Origin: Orbicella franksi
Lineage: Eukaryota
Direction of reading: 5' to 3'
Length of the DNA: 64,000 nucleotides
Assembly (NCBI GenBank): GCA_964199315.1
Contig: OZ116704.1
Span: 30,504,001 to 30,568,000, forward strand
The position numbers and the translations under genes are program-made. The notes under the pieces are model-generated. The model ran no database searches. It saw only the letters and a list, made by a program, of their open reading frames with translations, and was not told the origin of the DNA. Positions 30,830-45,037 of this stretch are shown in pieces; position 1 is the stretch's first letter, and each line of letters opens with the position of its first letter.

Positions 30830-32729
30830 TAATTTACAATTCTAAATTAATGATCCGTGTGAATTCGTATCGGTAATGGTGCTTAACGTCTTAAGAAAGT
30901 GAAAGGATGTTTGGCTAAATGGTTAGCTGCGATAAACAGGCCTGCCCCCTTCGCATACTCAATATCATCCCCGTTCAAGGAAGTCTGAAATTCTTGGCGT
31001 AAAATTCCAAACTGATGACGTGATGCATCCGGGATCCCTCGAAGAGAGTCTGGTTTACTTAAAAGATCTTGCCAATGAAATGTAACTGGCAATAAAATTG
31101 TGTGTAGGAATATTAATCCTTAAAAATAGGGCGATCTAGCTCATTAATTAATTAGGTAATTCTCTAGATAGATTTTCAGGATCGTAGAGCAATGAAACAA
31201 ATAGTATTTTTACAGCTGTCGGCATTTGTAAAATTTTGGACCATGAAAAATTTTTAGTAACACTTTTCGCGTGTGCTTTCCACTATTTGCTTGTGTAAAG
31301 CTCAAGCTGGTAACCATAGACTACGGTGCAGAACGCAGTTATTTATTATACAGTTTGTATATTCTGCTTATAGCTTCCCTTCATTCAGGAATAGAGAACT
31401 TTATTATACATATTTCACAGCTAGTAGTTTATTTAAAGGCCAACTTTAAATCCGAAGACCCAGTAAGAGGACACCTTGGGAAACTAGGCCTCTTTTGGTA
31501 GTTAACACTGGGCGAGGCAAGAAACGTCTTCAAAACAGGAATAAAGCTCGCCTGACGTGAAATAATCTTTAGGAAGACGAAATTTTACAACCGGTAATAT
31601 GCCCCTGTTTACGAAACTCCAAACCTGCGTGATCTAGGCAATTTTGGTTGGAGAAATAGGGGTTACAGTTGTACGTAATAGCGCAATCGGAGAACTAACA
31701 AGTAGAATTCAAATAAGATGGCGTAGAAATTTACTTGGAAGAAGGAACTCTTGTTGTAGCTGGCCGTGTTGTTTGAGAAAACGACAGAAAACTGAAAGCC
31801 TTCATTTTAAACATGTTCCACATTGGTTTCGTTATTGAAACGTCAAACGATTAATTCCCAGTGAGCAACATTTTAACCTGGGTTTAACAAGCTTAAATCG
31901 TGGTGTGAATTTATAAAGACAATTTGTCTTCGGGAAATATTCTATGAATGCGTTAGAACTGTAGCTATTTCTACTTAATTGACCAGTAAGAGAGAAGTTT
32001 ACAGTGTATTTTTAAATTGCGGCTTCTATTTTCTGCTTGTGTGAACTGAAATATTTAGTGTGGCTTGAAAAAGGTCGAAAATATTCTTAGATTACAGGAA
32101 AGTCTCAACAATAATGGTTCGATTTTGCAGAACTGGAGGAGGTTATTGGAAAGAAAGGATAACTTAAAATGAAGAGTATTGAAATAATATGTGAAATTGT
32201 CTACAACGCAGTCATTTTCAAGAGCAGTTGACATTGTTGTGGAACTTTGTAAAAGTAAGGTGTTAATTCTAGAAATTTAGAGTCATTTGTTACAATTTCC
32301 TATACTTTTGTGCAACTATTTTCAGATACAGTGCTTGCAAATTAAATTTTGTAACAGTAAGGGGTTTGTAGGTTTTCCTGGTAATCAATAAAAGTAATTA
32401 AACTGTTTTTAGAGCTAATGTTTCGTGTTATCAATGTGAACTGTATGCGAAACAGCATAGAAGGGATATAAAGATACGGACGTTTTGGAGTAATCGAAAA
32501 ATATTCTTGATCTTTACTTTAAGCTCTAAAAACAAAACAAAAAAAAGAATTATGGAAACTGAAAATGATGTTTGGATTTTCAAACAAATCTGCTACGGGG
32601 TCGTAAAAGAACCTTGATTTGAAGTTCATCAAACGTCTACACTAGCAAAGTAAAGAAATTTGCCTGCAAACCTTAGACAAGGGCTAATTGTAACTGATTA
32701 TAGCTTTTATGTTGAGCCATCGTCGGAGG

Positions 32730-32862
32730 CCTAGGGACAGCTAGTCGGGATGATGCGATATTTGCTAGCGACGCGATATTTTGTGGGGAAAGTTTACTTC
32801 AAGAGCAGGGTTGTCAATTTTCGCTTGAAAACATCGCATCGTCCCGACTAGCTGCCCCTGGG
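32730..32862. mobile_element. MITE
   Basis: TIRs cctagggacagctagtcgggatgatgcgat / atcgcatcgtcccgactagctgcccctggg. Confidence 0.8.
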
Positions 32863-33076
32863 ATTATGGGCAGGCAAAGTCACCAAACTTTAGTGGAAGC
32901 GGAAAATAGGCGTGCATTGTTTTGATTAAATCCGTAGCCTCTCTTCCATGTTCTAGCCCCAGACCTTTACCGCGTGTCCACCACTAGGATGATGTTACTT
33001 GTTTTCAAAAATCTGCATTTTTTATGCACGGTCGAAGCTTGCACTTACCAGGCGTGGAATCTCGCCATTGTAAGCG

Positions 33077-36000
33077 ATGGTAAAGCTTCATTACTTCAAA
33101 AACCAGCGCTACAGCAAGCTCAAGAAACAATGTGAAAAAGAAGAACGATTGTTCGTGGACACCGAATTCCCTGCGGAAAAGAAATCTTTGTTTTTCAGCC
33201 GAGAACTGCCGCAAGCAGTCGAGTGGAAACGACCTCAGGTAAACTTTTAGTTTTGTTTATCAACAGCTGGTAAATTTTCAATCTTTTCACTGATAGGTAA
33301 GTATTGAAATCACGCATTTTCAAAGGTATTGCTTTCGAAAACAGGTATTTGCTTCAAACTTTTGATTTCCATTCCGTGTAAGAACTGTTGTCAACGCAAC
33401 AAAGAAATTATTAACATGTAAATCGCGTGATTGTATCAGGTTAACTTATAATTAAATTAGCATAATTTTACCCTGATCAGGTAGAAAAGAAAAATATATC
33501 TAAATTAACGCACTACTATATAACGTCGTTTATACCACATCCTCCAAGCTACAAATCCTATTTGTAGTTCCTTTTTCGTGATTTTTAACCTTCTGTTGCT
33601 TTTGAGTAGTGGTTAGATTTGTGGTTTGTTTTCAGATATGATTTACTTAAACTTATATCTCAGTTGATATAAATGTTGCAATTAAAAATGATATCCAATC
33701 GTATATAACAGATATGTAACTAAGTGACTTTTAAGTCGCAAAGCCTATTTTGCGCCACATCGATCGGACATAACGAAAACTTACAACTTATTTTACTTAG
33801 TTTTCTGTTTATATTAAATCAATTTTCAAAAATATTTTGCTACATGCATTCGATCATCCAAATATTTATCTCCCGTTCAGTGTAGTAAACTGTGTAACCA
33901 TCAAAACAGTTTTTGTCATAAGATTACGTTACATATAGAAAGCAAGAGGGCAAAAGTACCCTGTTGCTTCGGTTGTTTCAAAGCTGTGCAAAGATTTCAT
34001 CCAAGTTTAAACTAATTCATCAATCAGTTTAGTGAGTTTGTTATTCATTCGGTGTAAAACGCGTGACCGAGTACTTAAGTCAATGGTATTTAAATAAATA
34101 TATTTACAAGCTTCCGTACAGCCACCCGTTCGATAAATCAAATATTGACTTTATCCACTAGGTAACGCGAATGTCGTGAGCTGATCTATCATGTTATTAT
34201 GATTAAAATGATAAATGAATGATTTGAATAGAGAAAAAAAATGAGTCTGGGGTTTGAATGAAAGGTTTGAACACGTTTTGGAATCGCGGGTTACAGAAGT
34301 ACTTGCCCTACAAAAACAGAGATACCCTTCTCTTTCAGCAGAAAGAGAAGAGAATTTTTGTCTCGCAAGGTGAAAATTAAATAAAGCAAATGACGAACCA
34401 AATATATTGTTTTTATATCACTAGGACTGTATTGCTGTTTAAGCTTATTGGTTTTTATTTTTCTTTCTAAATGGGCGTTGTATATTTTTGTTTACCAAAT
34501 GATTCATTTCACAGGCGGTTGTGTGAATTGTTTCAAAAAAGGCGCAAATGTGAATACTGAACGATTAAAAACGAAAAAATTAATCCTAAGTCAAAATAAA
34601 AGTCAGCTTCAAGGTGTGCCGCTCAAACAAAGGAAACAAATCTATCCAACAAAAAAGAGGGCTTTTCATTTGATTATTGAAAGTACCTCGTTTGCTTTGC
34701 TTTTGTTTGGTCTAAAAATCGATATCTTGTACCATTTTCTCCGGCAACCCATGGGAAGTAAAAGCAAAACCAAACCCCACGCTTAGGCGACATCGGACGG
34801 TCTGAATTGTCATTTGAAACTTCTAGCTGAGGAAACACGCTCGTCAGCTTCAGCAACAATTTTGAGTTTTTAAAGTCAAGTAGCTTTCCTATCCTCTTTT
34901 TAGTCTTCTTAGGAATTCAATTGTCCAGCAATGTTTCTGAATGTTCTTCAGAAAGAGGCTCGAAATTTCTGAAAAACAAGAAAGGAGAATCCATTATAGG
35001 GGGGTCGTACACTAATACGTTTCGAAAATCGCCATATTTTGCTCCTCCGAAACTGCAGCCCGCTTTATTTTTCTCCTAAAACCAAAGCCGCCCTACTAGT
35101 TGGACGATTCTCATCATAACCGATCTTTTAACGGAGCGTAACAAATTCCTCACTATATTTTAGCTCAACAATCGTATTTCGCCTCACACAAAGACCACAA
35201 AATCTTAAGAACAGTGAGAACAAATTGTTTCTAACTCCATTCAGCAACCAGCAAACAAAACGCAAACACAAAGATTGCTCGAGATGTTTGACTGACCACC
35301 ACAAAAGCAAGCAATGCAAAAACTGACAACCGCCAGCTGAATTTATAATTTCTTAACCGTAAACCGCCAGGTAAATTTCCCGCAAACCGACTCTCAAAAT
35401 TAGCTTCAACCGCCAAACCAAATAGACCCTCAGAAAACGTCGCGCGCGCGTGCGCCGATAGTGTATTATAGCTCAGCCAATTAGATTGCAGCCTGTACAA
35501 GACGGGCAGACACGTGAGACATACAAAAAGAAATGTATCGCGGACATCCTGCGAATTGGTTGAGCTGTCGTCTTGTTGAATTCATTCAATCTGTCTTCCT
35601 ACAGGATATTTGTGCCCCTGATCCTCCAAGCCTATTCGTCGATGGATCTAGCAGACATGACATTACTCAAGGCTTGCTGGGTAACTGTTGGTTTGTGGCA
35701 TCCTGTGCAACACTGGCCCTGGAGCCGTCACTTTTAGAGAAGGTGTGTGCAAGTGTTGACAAAAGCAGCAAATAAATAAACAAACGAACAAGCAAAACAA
35801 AAAGGAAAAGAAAACAAACGGCAACTAACACAAACAAACTAGCTATAACCTGGTTATATTCTCAAAAATCGTCTTTCTCAATCGTTGATGAGTCATAACG
35901 TAGTGGAAAAGTTGGCATCAGGAAATGTATGTGAAATTCAAGCATATGATACGCTGATTTTGTGTTTACTATCAAGAGGCCGGTTTTTAGAGAGAACCTC

Positions 36001-39000
36001 CCAGTTTTAATAGTCAAATCCATGCGCAGATTACAATTGATTGAAAAAAAAAGCTGATACTACGGCAGAAGGGCTGGTTTATTGAGGTCATATTTCGACT
36101 TACAAGGGAAGTCTTTCTCAAATCATGCACAAGGACACAAAATGTCTCAAATTTGAATTTTGAATTGAAATTTAAGGGACTGTCATAGTAAATTATTTTT
36201 ATCCTCCCATTAGGTTATTCCCGACATGAAGAAGCAGGAGTGGGACCCGAATGACGTAGGAAATTACCAGGGAATATTCAGGTTTCGGTTTTGGCGCCAG
36301 GGTGAGTGGACGGAAGTTGTAATCGATGATCTACTGCCTACAATTAATGGTCAGTTGGTCTTCATCCACTCCAAGGAGAAGAACGAGTTTTGGGGATCGT
36401 TAGTTGAGAAGGCATACGCAAAGTACGTTAATGACTAATGCTTCATTATTAATTCATCGTAAATAATTCTTAATCAATCGTGTAAAATTGGTAATGAATT
36501 GCGCCTTAACCTTACTGTTTTGAACTTCTAGATTGTAATGATTTATCACTTAATATTTGATGTTCCAAGGTTTCTTCCTTCCTTTCTTTCTGCCTTTCTT
36601 CGTTTGTCGGTCTCTCCATCTACATGTCTGTCTATCTTGCTGTCTGTGTTTCTGCCTTCTGTCTTCTGCCTGTCTGTCTGTCTGTCCGTCCGTCTTCTGT
36701 CTCCCGGTCTATCTGTCTCTGTTTGTCTGTTTGTCTGTCTGTCTGTCTGTCTATTGTTTTTTTTTTTCCTATCTTTCTTTTCGCCTAATTCCTTTTTTTG
36801 ATAATTTAAGCTGATGTCCAACTCTAAGGAACCTTCGTTTAGACTTAATTAATGTTAAGTCTAGCACTAACGGCATATACTGTAAAATGTAATGTTCTTT
36901 TGTTTCCATTTCTCTCTGCATCACTCTGCATGATATTTTATTTGCTTTCACCTGACCAGCACGGACAATAACTAAACAAAGGAGTGGTAGTGAGACAACT
37001 TTTCGATGAGAGTAAATGTGGGATCAAATACAATGTGTGAATGAGAGTCATATTCGAAACTTTGAATAATGGCAATCAGAATATCACTAACCATTATGCC
37101 TGTGCATCTAGAAAGCTCCTTATTCACTCATGTCATCTTCACATGCAAGACTGCTTAACAAAAGGGTAAATAAAATTCGTTAATTTACTTCAGGTTAAAT
37201 GGAAGTTTCGAGGCATTGGAGGCAGGAAATATCGCGGATGCCCTGGTGGATTTCACAGGCGGTGTGTGCGAGTCAGTCAACCTAAAGGATGCTGGCTTCA
37301 ATGATGATGAAGAAAGAAGGCTGGCTTTTTTCAACAGCATGCGAAAAGCAATGAGTGACAGATCGCTAGTCGGTGCTTCTATCACGGTAAATGTTGCTTT
37401 ATTTGTCGTACAATTCGTCAGATTTAAATTTAGGATTGTTTTCTTGCTCGTATAAGCTCGCTAACAATTGTGTGTTTGTTAGTTCAGTTACTGTGCGTCT
37501 GTTCTTTTATAACTGCTTTAATTAAGATATCTTGGCTCCACATCACCACAAGTCTATGTATGTCTGTCTGTCTTGTCTGTCTGTCTGTCTTGTCTGTCTG
37601 TCTGTCTGTCTTTTCTGTCTGTCTGACTCGCTGTTTTATTCCTGAGGCCAAAAAAAATGAAGACATGGAGAGACGCACCGAAACTGGCTTGGTAATGGGA
37701 CATGCTTATAGCGTGACTTCAATGAAGAAGGTATGCTAGCATGTTGCTTTGTTTCATTCCGCGAATAATGACCACGATTTTTAATAACAAATCGTTAACA
37801 TGATTTGTTTATTTTGTTTTCAGATCACCACTGGCGAGGGCTTGTTCAACTTGTTTAACCGTGAGCATCTATACTTGATTCGACTGAGAAATCCCTGGGG
37901 ACAGAAAGAGTGGAACGGCGCTTGGAGTGATGGGTAATTTCTCAACATTTTACTGAAGTGTGAACAAAAACAGAAAAACTGAAAGTACAGACTGAAATTC
38001 TGGCTTTGTTTCTGAACTATAATTTCTTCATGTTTATAGGAAATTCAAGTTCGTGACAAAAGCGTAACTATCCCAGGATCAGATAGTGTCCCAGAATATC
38101 TGACACTGTGATGCTAAGGGTGAACACGCTACGTCACAACACAATGTTGTGATATGAATGAACAAACGAACCAACGGACTGTCCAAGATGCTTTTTAATT
38201 AGTTTGCATTGTCTTAAATATGACGATCCGAGAAGACCTTCCCAATAATGTGGGTACAGTAGAAGCAGGTAAAAACTGATGAGACGAAGAACATAAAACG
38301 AATTTGTCGCTTGTTTGTTTTCTTCCGTAGTTCAGCAGAATGGGAAAAGCTAGATGCAGATGGAAGAAAAAAGCTTGGACTAGATTTTGATGACGATGGA
38401 GAGTTCTGGTTAGTTCATTGTGGGCGTATTTATAGAAAACTAACGACTAAAGAAAAATCAGACATTCAGGAGGGTCTGGATGGGCGGGAGCAATTGCCAG
38501 TTATCAGATAGAACTTTCTCTATTTGCCAGATGTCAGTTTACGCTTTGGCCATCTAAAACCTCTCCTATTTGAACAGAAATGATATATACGGTTGATCAT
38601 ATAGTTAAGGAAGTTATGAATTGGCAACGAATGATTTAACATTCCATCTCTTATAATTGCTTAGGATGGCGTTTGAAGACTTCTGTCGTTACTTTTCCAA
38701 AGCCACCATATGTCACTTGATGAATACATCAGTGTTCTCGATTTCAAAACGCTGGCATCTTTTTAAACACAACAACGAGTGGAAGCTGGGTTTCTCTGCT
38801 GGTGGATGTGTTACTAACCAAGACAGCTTTTTTAGGAACCCACAGGTAATGGAAATCACTTAGTGAATATCTTTCGTTCCTTTCTCCCTCCCTCCCCCAA
38901 CCCCCCCCCCCTCCCCCTCAAAAAAAAACAAAAAAAAACTCTGTCTTCCATATCTGTATTATTTTCTTGGGCTAGGGCATTGTTAAATATTTCCTCCTGA

Positions 39001-42000
39001 TAACTCGAACCTTCAAAGGAGATTGAAAAAGGTCTGAGTTATCGGGAGTTCGAGTTGTCGGGAGTTAAGAACAGATGACCGGAAATGAAGAAAAAAAACG
39101 ATGTTTACTGTTACTGTTTCTATTCACACAGAGTACATTTTAATCAAATTTAATTATACTGAATGCTCTTGCAGGCTGCCGAGGGTAAAATTACAATAAA
39201 TGTATGACGGAAATCTAGGGGAAATTGACTTTGGTTCGAGTTACCGAGGGTTCGAGTTATGGGGAGTACACCGTAATGAAATAACTCGTTAAGACCCGGG
39301 TTAAGAGTAGTAAAGCGGCCGACCCCTATGCCAACCTACCTGCATTACTAGGTATAGCGTTCTTAGACGTAGACTCACCGGGTCTCTAACGCCTACCCCT
39401 CCATTATTGGTACCTTCCTACCCAAATGGACTTATCTGTTTCTTGCTAGTATGCTTTCAGCATCAAAGACAAGGATGATGGAGAAGTCATGATTGCTCTG
39501 ATGCAAGAGGACACGCGCATCGATAGAGATGAAGGTGGAAAGAATCTAACTATTGGATATTTCATCATGAAGGTACCGTGTTAAAAAACGGTTTATCGGT
39601 GTTTTCTGATTGGCGCTTCTTTTTTAGCTTCGTTACTTTATTTACGAAAAAAATAATAAATTCAATAAACGCAAGAACATTAATTGACAGTAAAGGTCTG
39701 CTCACACCTGAGGCTAGAGGGCAAGTTAATAGACATGAAGCGGGAACGAACCCCAGTGTTGCAGGGACAGTGCGCAATGTAGGGCGTACGGAGCGGATAT
39801 TGGTTTATTTCTGTGTTGAGCGGGGACAGTTTGCATAAGCAGGTACACGATGCGACATTGAAACATGAGGTCATTTTGCTCCCGCCTTTAATATGACGCA
39901 CACATTTAAACCAGCTGAATTTCATGCGGCGTGTTGCGGAGACAAACTTTTTTCCCGCAACAGAACTTTGCAATTGTTGCATGGCATTTCACACGAGGAA
40001 AAGTCTCGCTGCAACATGTCCCCGCAACACGTACCATAGTATGTGCGGACCTTTCATGTGATTTCTGGTCTTGGCGCTGGACCTAGTCTATTTTACGTAA
40101 TGCTGACCGTGTTTTAGTTTAGCGGTAACTGATTATCTAATGCCGATGTTTTAAAGGTGGAAGAGAATCGTACTTACCGCTTGCATTCAATGATGGAAAA
40201 AGCTGGCGACTCGATCTTCATAAACATGCGTGAGGTGGTGAACAGATATCAGCTGAAACAAGGAAGATATATTGTCATACCATCAACCTACGATCCGAAC
40301 GAGGCGGGAAATTTCATGATTAGAATCTTCACAGAGAAGTCTTCGAATGCAAGGTACCTGTATATATCGGCTGAGTTAACAACTAAGTTCCATTTTAAGA
40401 GTCACCAAGAACAGTTCTGTTCAGAACCCTCACCGGACGAATCACATTAGCGTGCTTTGGAAATGAAAGCCCGCTTCATTTGTTTGTCCCACCCTCCCCC
40501 CCTGCTCCTTATTTTGTCACACCCGCTCGTAGTTTCGTCCTCTTTGCGTGCTTTTGGAAATAAACGATAACCACGCAGGCTGCCACCACACTAAGTAAAC
40601 TACTTCTATTCCAGTTATGCTTTGAGGCTTCAGTCTTAGTCTCTCTTTAAGCGAGCAAACGCCTTTACTCCTGAATGAAACTTAAACAATTTTTTTTCTT
40701 TTTTCCCCCTTTGTCATAAGTGTTCTGGAAAAGCACCATCCTACTGGCAGTAAAATCTTTTGCTGCATTCCAAGATTCCGCACCCCCGTGTGTGTCTTGT
40801 CTGTGTTGGTGAAGTCAGCGGTTGAACTTCAACAGAAGTCTGTGTTATTAGGTTAGTACTCTATTTCACTTAATAAAATATTATCTGCTGGAAACTCCAG
40901 GAAAAGAGAGGGTTGGTGCTGACGGCTGCTAATTTCTTCCATACCAGTCTTAACGCTCAAAATGTTTGCCTTTGAGAAGGGACTGGTACTGACAAGGGAA
41001 TTGACAGCACAAGGGTTGAGGTGAGGGAGGCGCTGGTAATGCCTTCCTCACCAGACTTCTCACTCAATTGTTCGCCTTGGGGTTTCTTACGTAAATGTAG
41101 ATTATGCTGCAAAGAAACCTCGACACTTTGCAAATTTGTATTTAATATATTGTGTATAACATATTGTATTTGTAACATATTTTTGTTGGTACTTATTTGC
41201 TTATCGATCTCACAATTAAATGGTTATTTTCAAATGTACATCAATTCTGGATTGTCACATTCAGCCCTCTTAAGATCCGATGGATTTTTATTCTTGTGTT
41301 CTTTTTTTAGCCTACAATAGCATTTCACACTAGCAACCTAACGACATAAGGTCGCTTATGTCAGGAAAAGATCAGGGTTTTTTCCTTATGTCATTATGTT
41401 CATGCTGTTATGTCACTTTTGTCATTATGTCAGGATGTTCACACTGGAAACAGAACGACATAACATACCTTCTTATGCCGTCATGTCGCTAGTGTGAACC
41501 AACGTTTCCTCCATGTTCTGTATCAGGTGTGGATCCTTATGCTCTGATCATGTGTGAAGGAAAGACAGTTAGAACTCCTACACTCCAAAACACACGGAAC
41601 CCAGAATGGAATTCTGGAGCGCTGTTTTATGTCCGTAGGCCCAAGAAAACCCACTTGATAGTGCAGGTAAGAGCTTTGCAGCAGCGAGAAGGATAGTAAA
41701 GGCCACGCTTAAAGAAATTTGGGTTAGGTTTTAAACCAAATGCTGTCAAATACAATAAAGTGCTATGATCACAGTAGAGCCAAGACTAAATATAAGTTCA
41801 TTTGCTTATTGCGGCTGATACATTTTTGGAGGTTTTTATTTTGTTTGTTTGTTTGTTTGTTTGTTGCACCCGAGACTCACTTTGCGAGAGATGGGAGGGT
41901 TGGAAGAATTAATCTGAACATTTCGGTATTTATTCTTCCTTTCAGATATGGGACAGCAATGTCTTTTGTGATACCTTCCTGGGTCAAGCGAAAATGACCA

Positions 42001-42128
42001 TCGACATCAACAACAGAACTGTGGTCCTACAACATCAACTGAGGGGCAGAAGGCGACAGCACAATGAAACGATGCCTGGCGCCGTTACATTGGAGATTGG
42101 TTGTTATCACGATCTCATAGCGGTCTAG
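33077..42128 (+). CDS. CAPN5: Calpain-5-like protease, copy B (642 aa, 13 exons)
   Basis: Exons 33077-33238, 35605-35742, 36214-36422, 37194-37386, 37647-37730, 37824-37933, 38331-38408, 38665-38845, 39450-39572, 40157-40353, 40721-40851, 41527-41666, 41946-42128. Triad QGLLGNCW / GHAY / RNPWG. Intron positions and phases match copy A. Confidence 0.95.
38990..39275. mobile_element. Degenerate Tc1/pogo-like MITE
   Basis: ctcctgataactcgaacc ... ggttcgagttatggggag inverted ends. Confidence 0.6.
39692..40054. mobile_element. Harbinger-like MITE
   Basis: aaaggtctgctcacac ... gtatgtgcggaccttt inverted ends. Confidence 0.55.
41324..41498. mobile_element. Harbinger-like MITE
   Basis: ttcacactagcaac ... 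gtcgctagtgtgaa inverted ends. Confidence 0.6.
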
Positions 42129-45037
42129 TCAAGACCTCTTTGCTTTGTAATGAAGAATAGCGACAGAGATTGCAGCGGGTAGATGTGCGACAGATATTCT
42201 GTTTTCCTCCGCAATAATGTGGGTGTCACTTATCGATACGCAATCACAAAGTGTGCTTATTAGCTTGCTTGGCAAAATCCGCGGCGAAAACGTGAGTCGA
42301 AAGTTTCAACAACACTATGATGAAAAATAGACAGGACGTTTGCTTGTTTGGCAACAACGATGGACGACCATGATGTTAAAATAGTTCACTGACGTACCAA
42401 ATGTTCATTTACCTCCTTACAACAGACAAGCTATGAAGTATGCTTATTGTGGCTGATTTGCAAGTTATCGTCCCGATCGCCTCGAAGGTTTCGAAGCATT
42501 TTGATACGACGGGAGCCATTTCGATTTCCATATATGTGCCTTGATCATCTCAAAAAGTTAGACTGCTCTGTAACTGCCATGAGCCTTTAAACAAAAAAGT
42601 AGCCGTACGAAGAGTAGTGACTTACAGAATACGACAATACGTTTTGAGATGTATTTCTATCAATCTAGCTAATCGCGGACGCCTGCGAGCAGTTTCTCAT
42701 AAGGCGATTATGATTTGTTTGGATTGAATTTCAATCCGACAGGCGATCTTGTCTAGTGTCGTATCGAACGTCCTGTAGTCGACAATCCCGATTGCTCGCA
42801 CCTATTCTGAACGAATGGGGATATCAATCGACTACATGGAAACCAGCTTTAAACAATTGTTACAGGGATATCATAAAAAATACAGAGTGTAAAAAAACAC
42901 ACCAATTATAAAATACGTAGAGAAAATACCATAGCTAAAATGCCATGTGCTACCTATTTGGGGATACGATCAATTTAACACACTCTATTTTAGTACATAT
43001 ATATTTTTCTCATTTGTACTGATAGTGACATAATTTTCTAGATTATCCTATATTTTTAAATTTTGAGTATGTTAATTTCATCAGTGAGTACTATAAGAGC
43101 CATCCTCTATAAATAAAGCTTCTACTTACTTCATTACTTAGTATTTTCATTTGGTGCATGAAACGTTTTGGAGAAGTCATGAGTGCTATCTATAGTTGTA
43201 AACCCAACTTATATACAAGAAATGTCTTCTGTAATTCCCTCTTCTCTCTCCCCAAAAATTAAATGTTCTTCTCTGACAGCAAGCATCTCGAAAAGATACT
43301 AATAGAATACGAATGTAAGTATTGTAATTAAAAAGATTCTTCTAAATGTTAAAAAAATAATTCCGAACGGATTGTGACATTTGTCCAACTTTCGAGCAAA
43401 AAAAACAAAACATAGTTATAAAACTTTTTTTTCTCCAAACGCTGAGAAAAACAATTTTTGAAATAGCTTCTATATATACGTAGCTAACACTCTAAAAACT
43501 TTATAATTTGAATCCCAACTGTGAGAGTCGGTATAGATTTGCAGCAAACGCTAACTGGTTGATTAGCCGCTGCCCGTGCTTAATCGAGGAATTGAAACGA
43601 TAAAGGTCGATATCATTTAGAAGTGAAAATAACACACAAAATCGTGCACGTGCACAGAAAAAATCATTTAATTTACTTCATTTAATCTGAAAAGTGTGTC
43701 TTGTCCAAGCTAACGAGATTAAACGTGGTTACATTTGTTAAGGTAGTCATATACCCAGAAATATGTCGTTGTCCTTAGCTTTTTACGTAGTAACAGGAGC
43801 CCATCACCCGGAGCCACCATACGCACTATAACGTAGAGTCAACCCTTTCCCGTACTATTCTATTTTTAGAACTGTAATTAGTGCGAGAGAGTCTCTTGGT
43901 TACACGGATAGAAAATGCAAAATAGAGGGCAAAAGTGGGATCTTAATCTGCTTTGTAACAAACAGTGATCTTAGCTGGGGTATCACTGGGTATTGACAGG
44001 GGTCGTGTAAAAGCTCCCACAAGAGCTGTTTCTAAAAATAGAAAGATACGGAAAAGGGTTGACTCACAGGGTTAGTATGGGAGATGGAGGCTCCCGGTAA
44101 TGGGCTCCTGGTAGTAATCAGCCTTGCTTCATTGTTATTTCTATTTTTGGCTGATCAGATCTTTTACAGATCCTACGTATACATGCAACACCCTTGTATC
44201 ATTGCATTTTCCATTAAACCATTCTTCGGAAACATGAACATTCAACATCGGTAAGCATTTTAAAAAGGTATTTTGAAACGATTTTGTTCTAATTACGCCT
44301 TGATTTACGTTTATATTAAGAAATCTGCACACTTTTAGCTATATTTTACCATTACAACGTCCATTGCAACGGTTGCCTACAGTCAAAAAGTGTTTACAAA
44401 ATGAGTTCAGCTCAGTACATTTAAATTATACTTTACAGCAGTATTTGAATTTTATATTTATGTGTCTTAACAAACTCCGATTTATATTATCAAAGAAATA
44501 TGAGGACATTATATAATTGTATAGATCGTTTTCGCATGACGTCATCACTTTCTAAAATCCAAAACTAAAGAGCCACCAAAGTTTTTATCCTCATCAGGCA
44601 TAATGGGCAGTATATTTATATCTGTTTACAATTTTAAAGCTCAATAGCGAGCTTCGTTTGGAAACCAGAGCATTTTTAATTTCAGGGTTATGGAGGTGCG
44701 ATAGAGTTTGTTGAAAAATGTAAACTTATCTCATGATTTTGAGCCGTTTTAGAAGTTAAAGCATTAAGAATTCTGACAAAAGAGATCAAGCTTGGCTTTT
44801 ATGGCACGTCAAAATACGTTTACTATGGGAATGTCAAAAGGCACCGAGGAACAGTTGACAGATCAAAATTTCCGTTTGAGACGAATGAACATATATTAAA
44901 GGGGTAACGGTTCCCTTTGAAAAAACGCCAAAAACCCTCAATGGAGATGGCATCCAATCCGAAAAAAGACGCCTGGTTTGAAAGCAGGAAGTTGTCCTTA
45001 AAACGTCAGATATATAATAAATAACTATTATGCGTGT

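Noticed and set aside
33005-33214. Antisense ORF and donor (cctg|gtaagt) over calpain B exon 1
   Set aside because: No partner exons or motifs were found; chance is sufficient to explain it.
36538-36821. Hydrophobic or Arg/Gln/Thr-rich ORFs (also 28006..28320, 60214..60658, 17369..17620)
   Set aside because: Translations of microsatellites.
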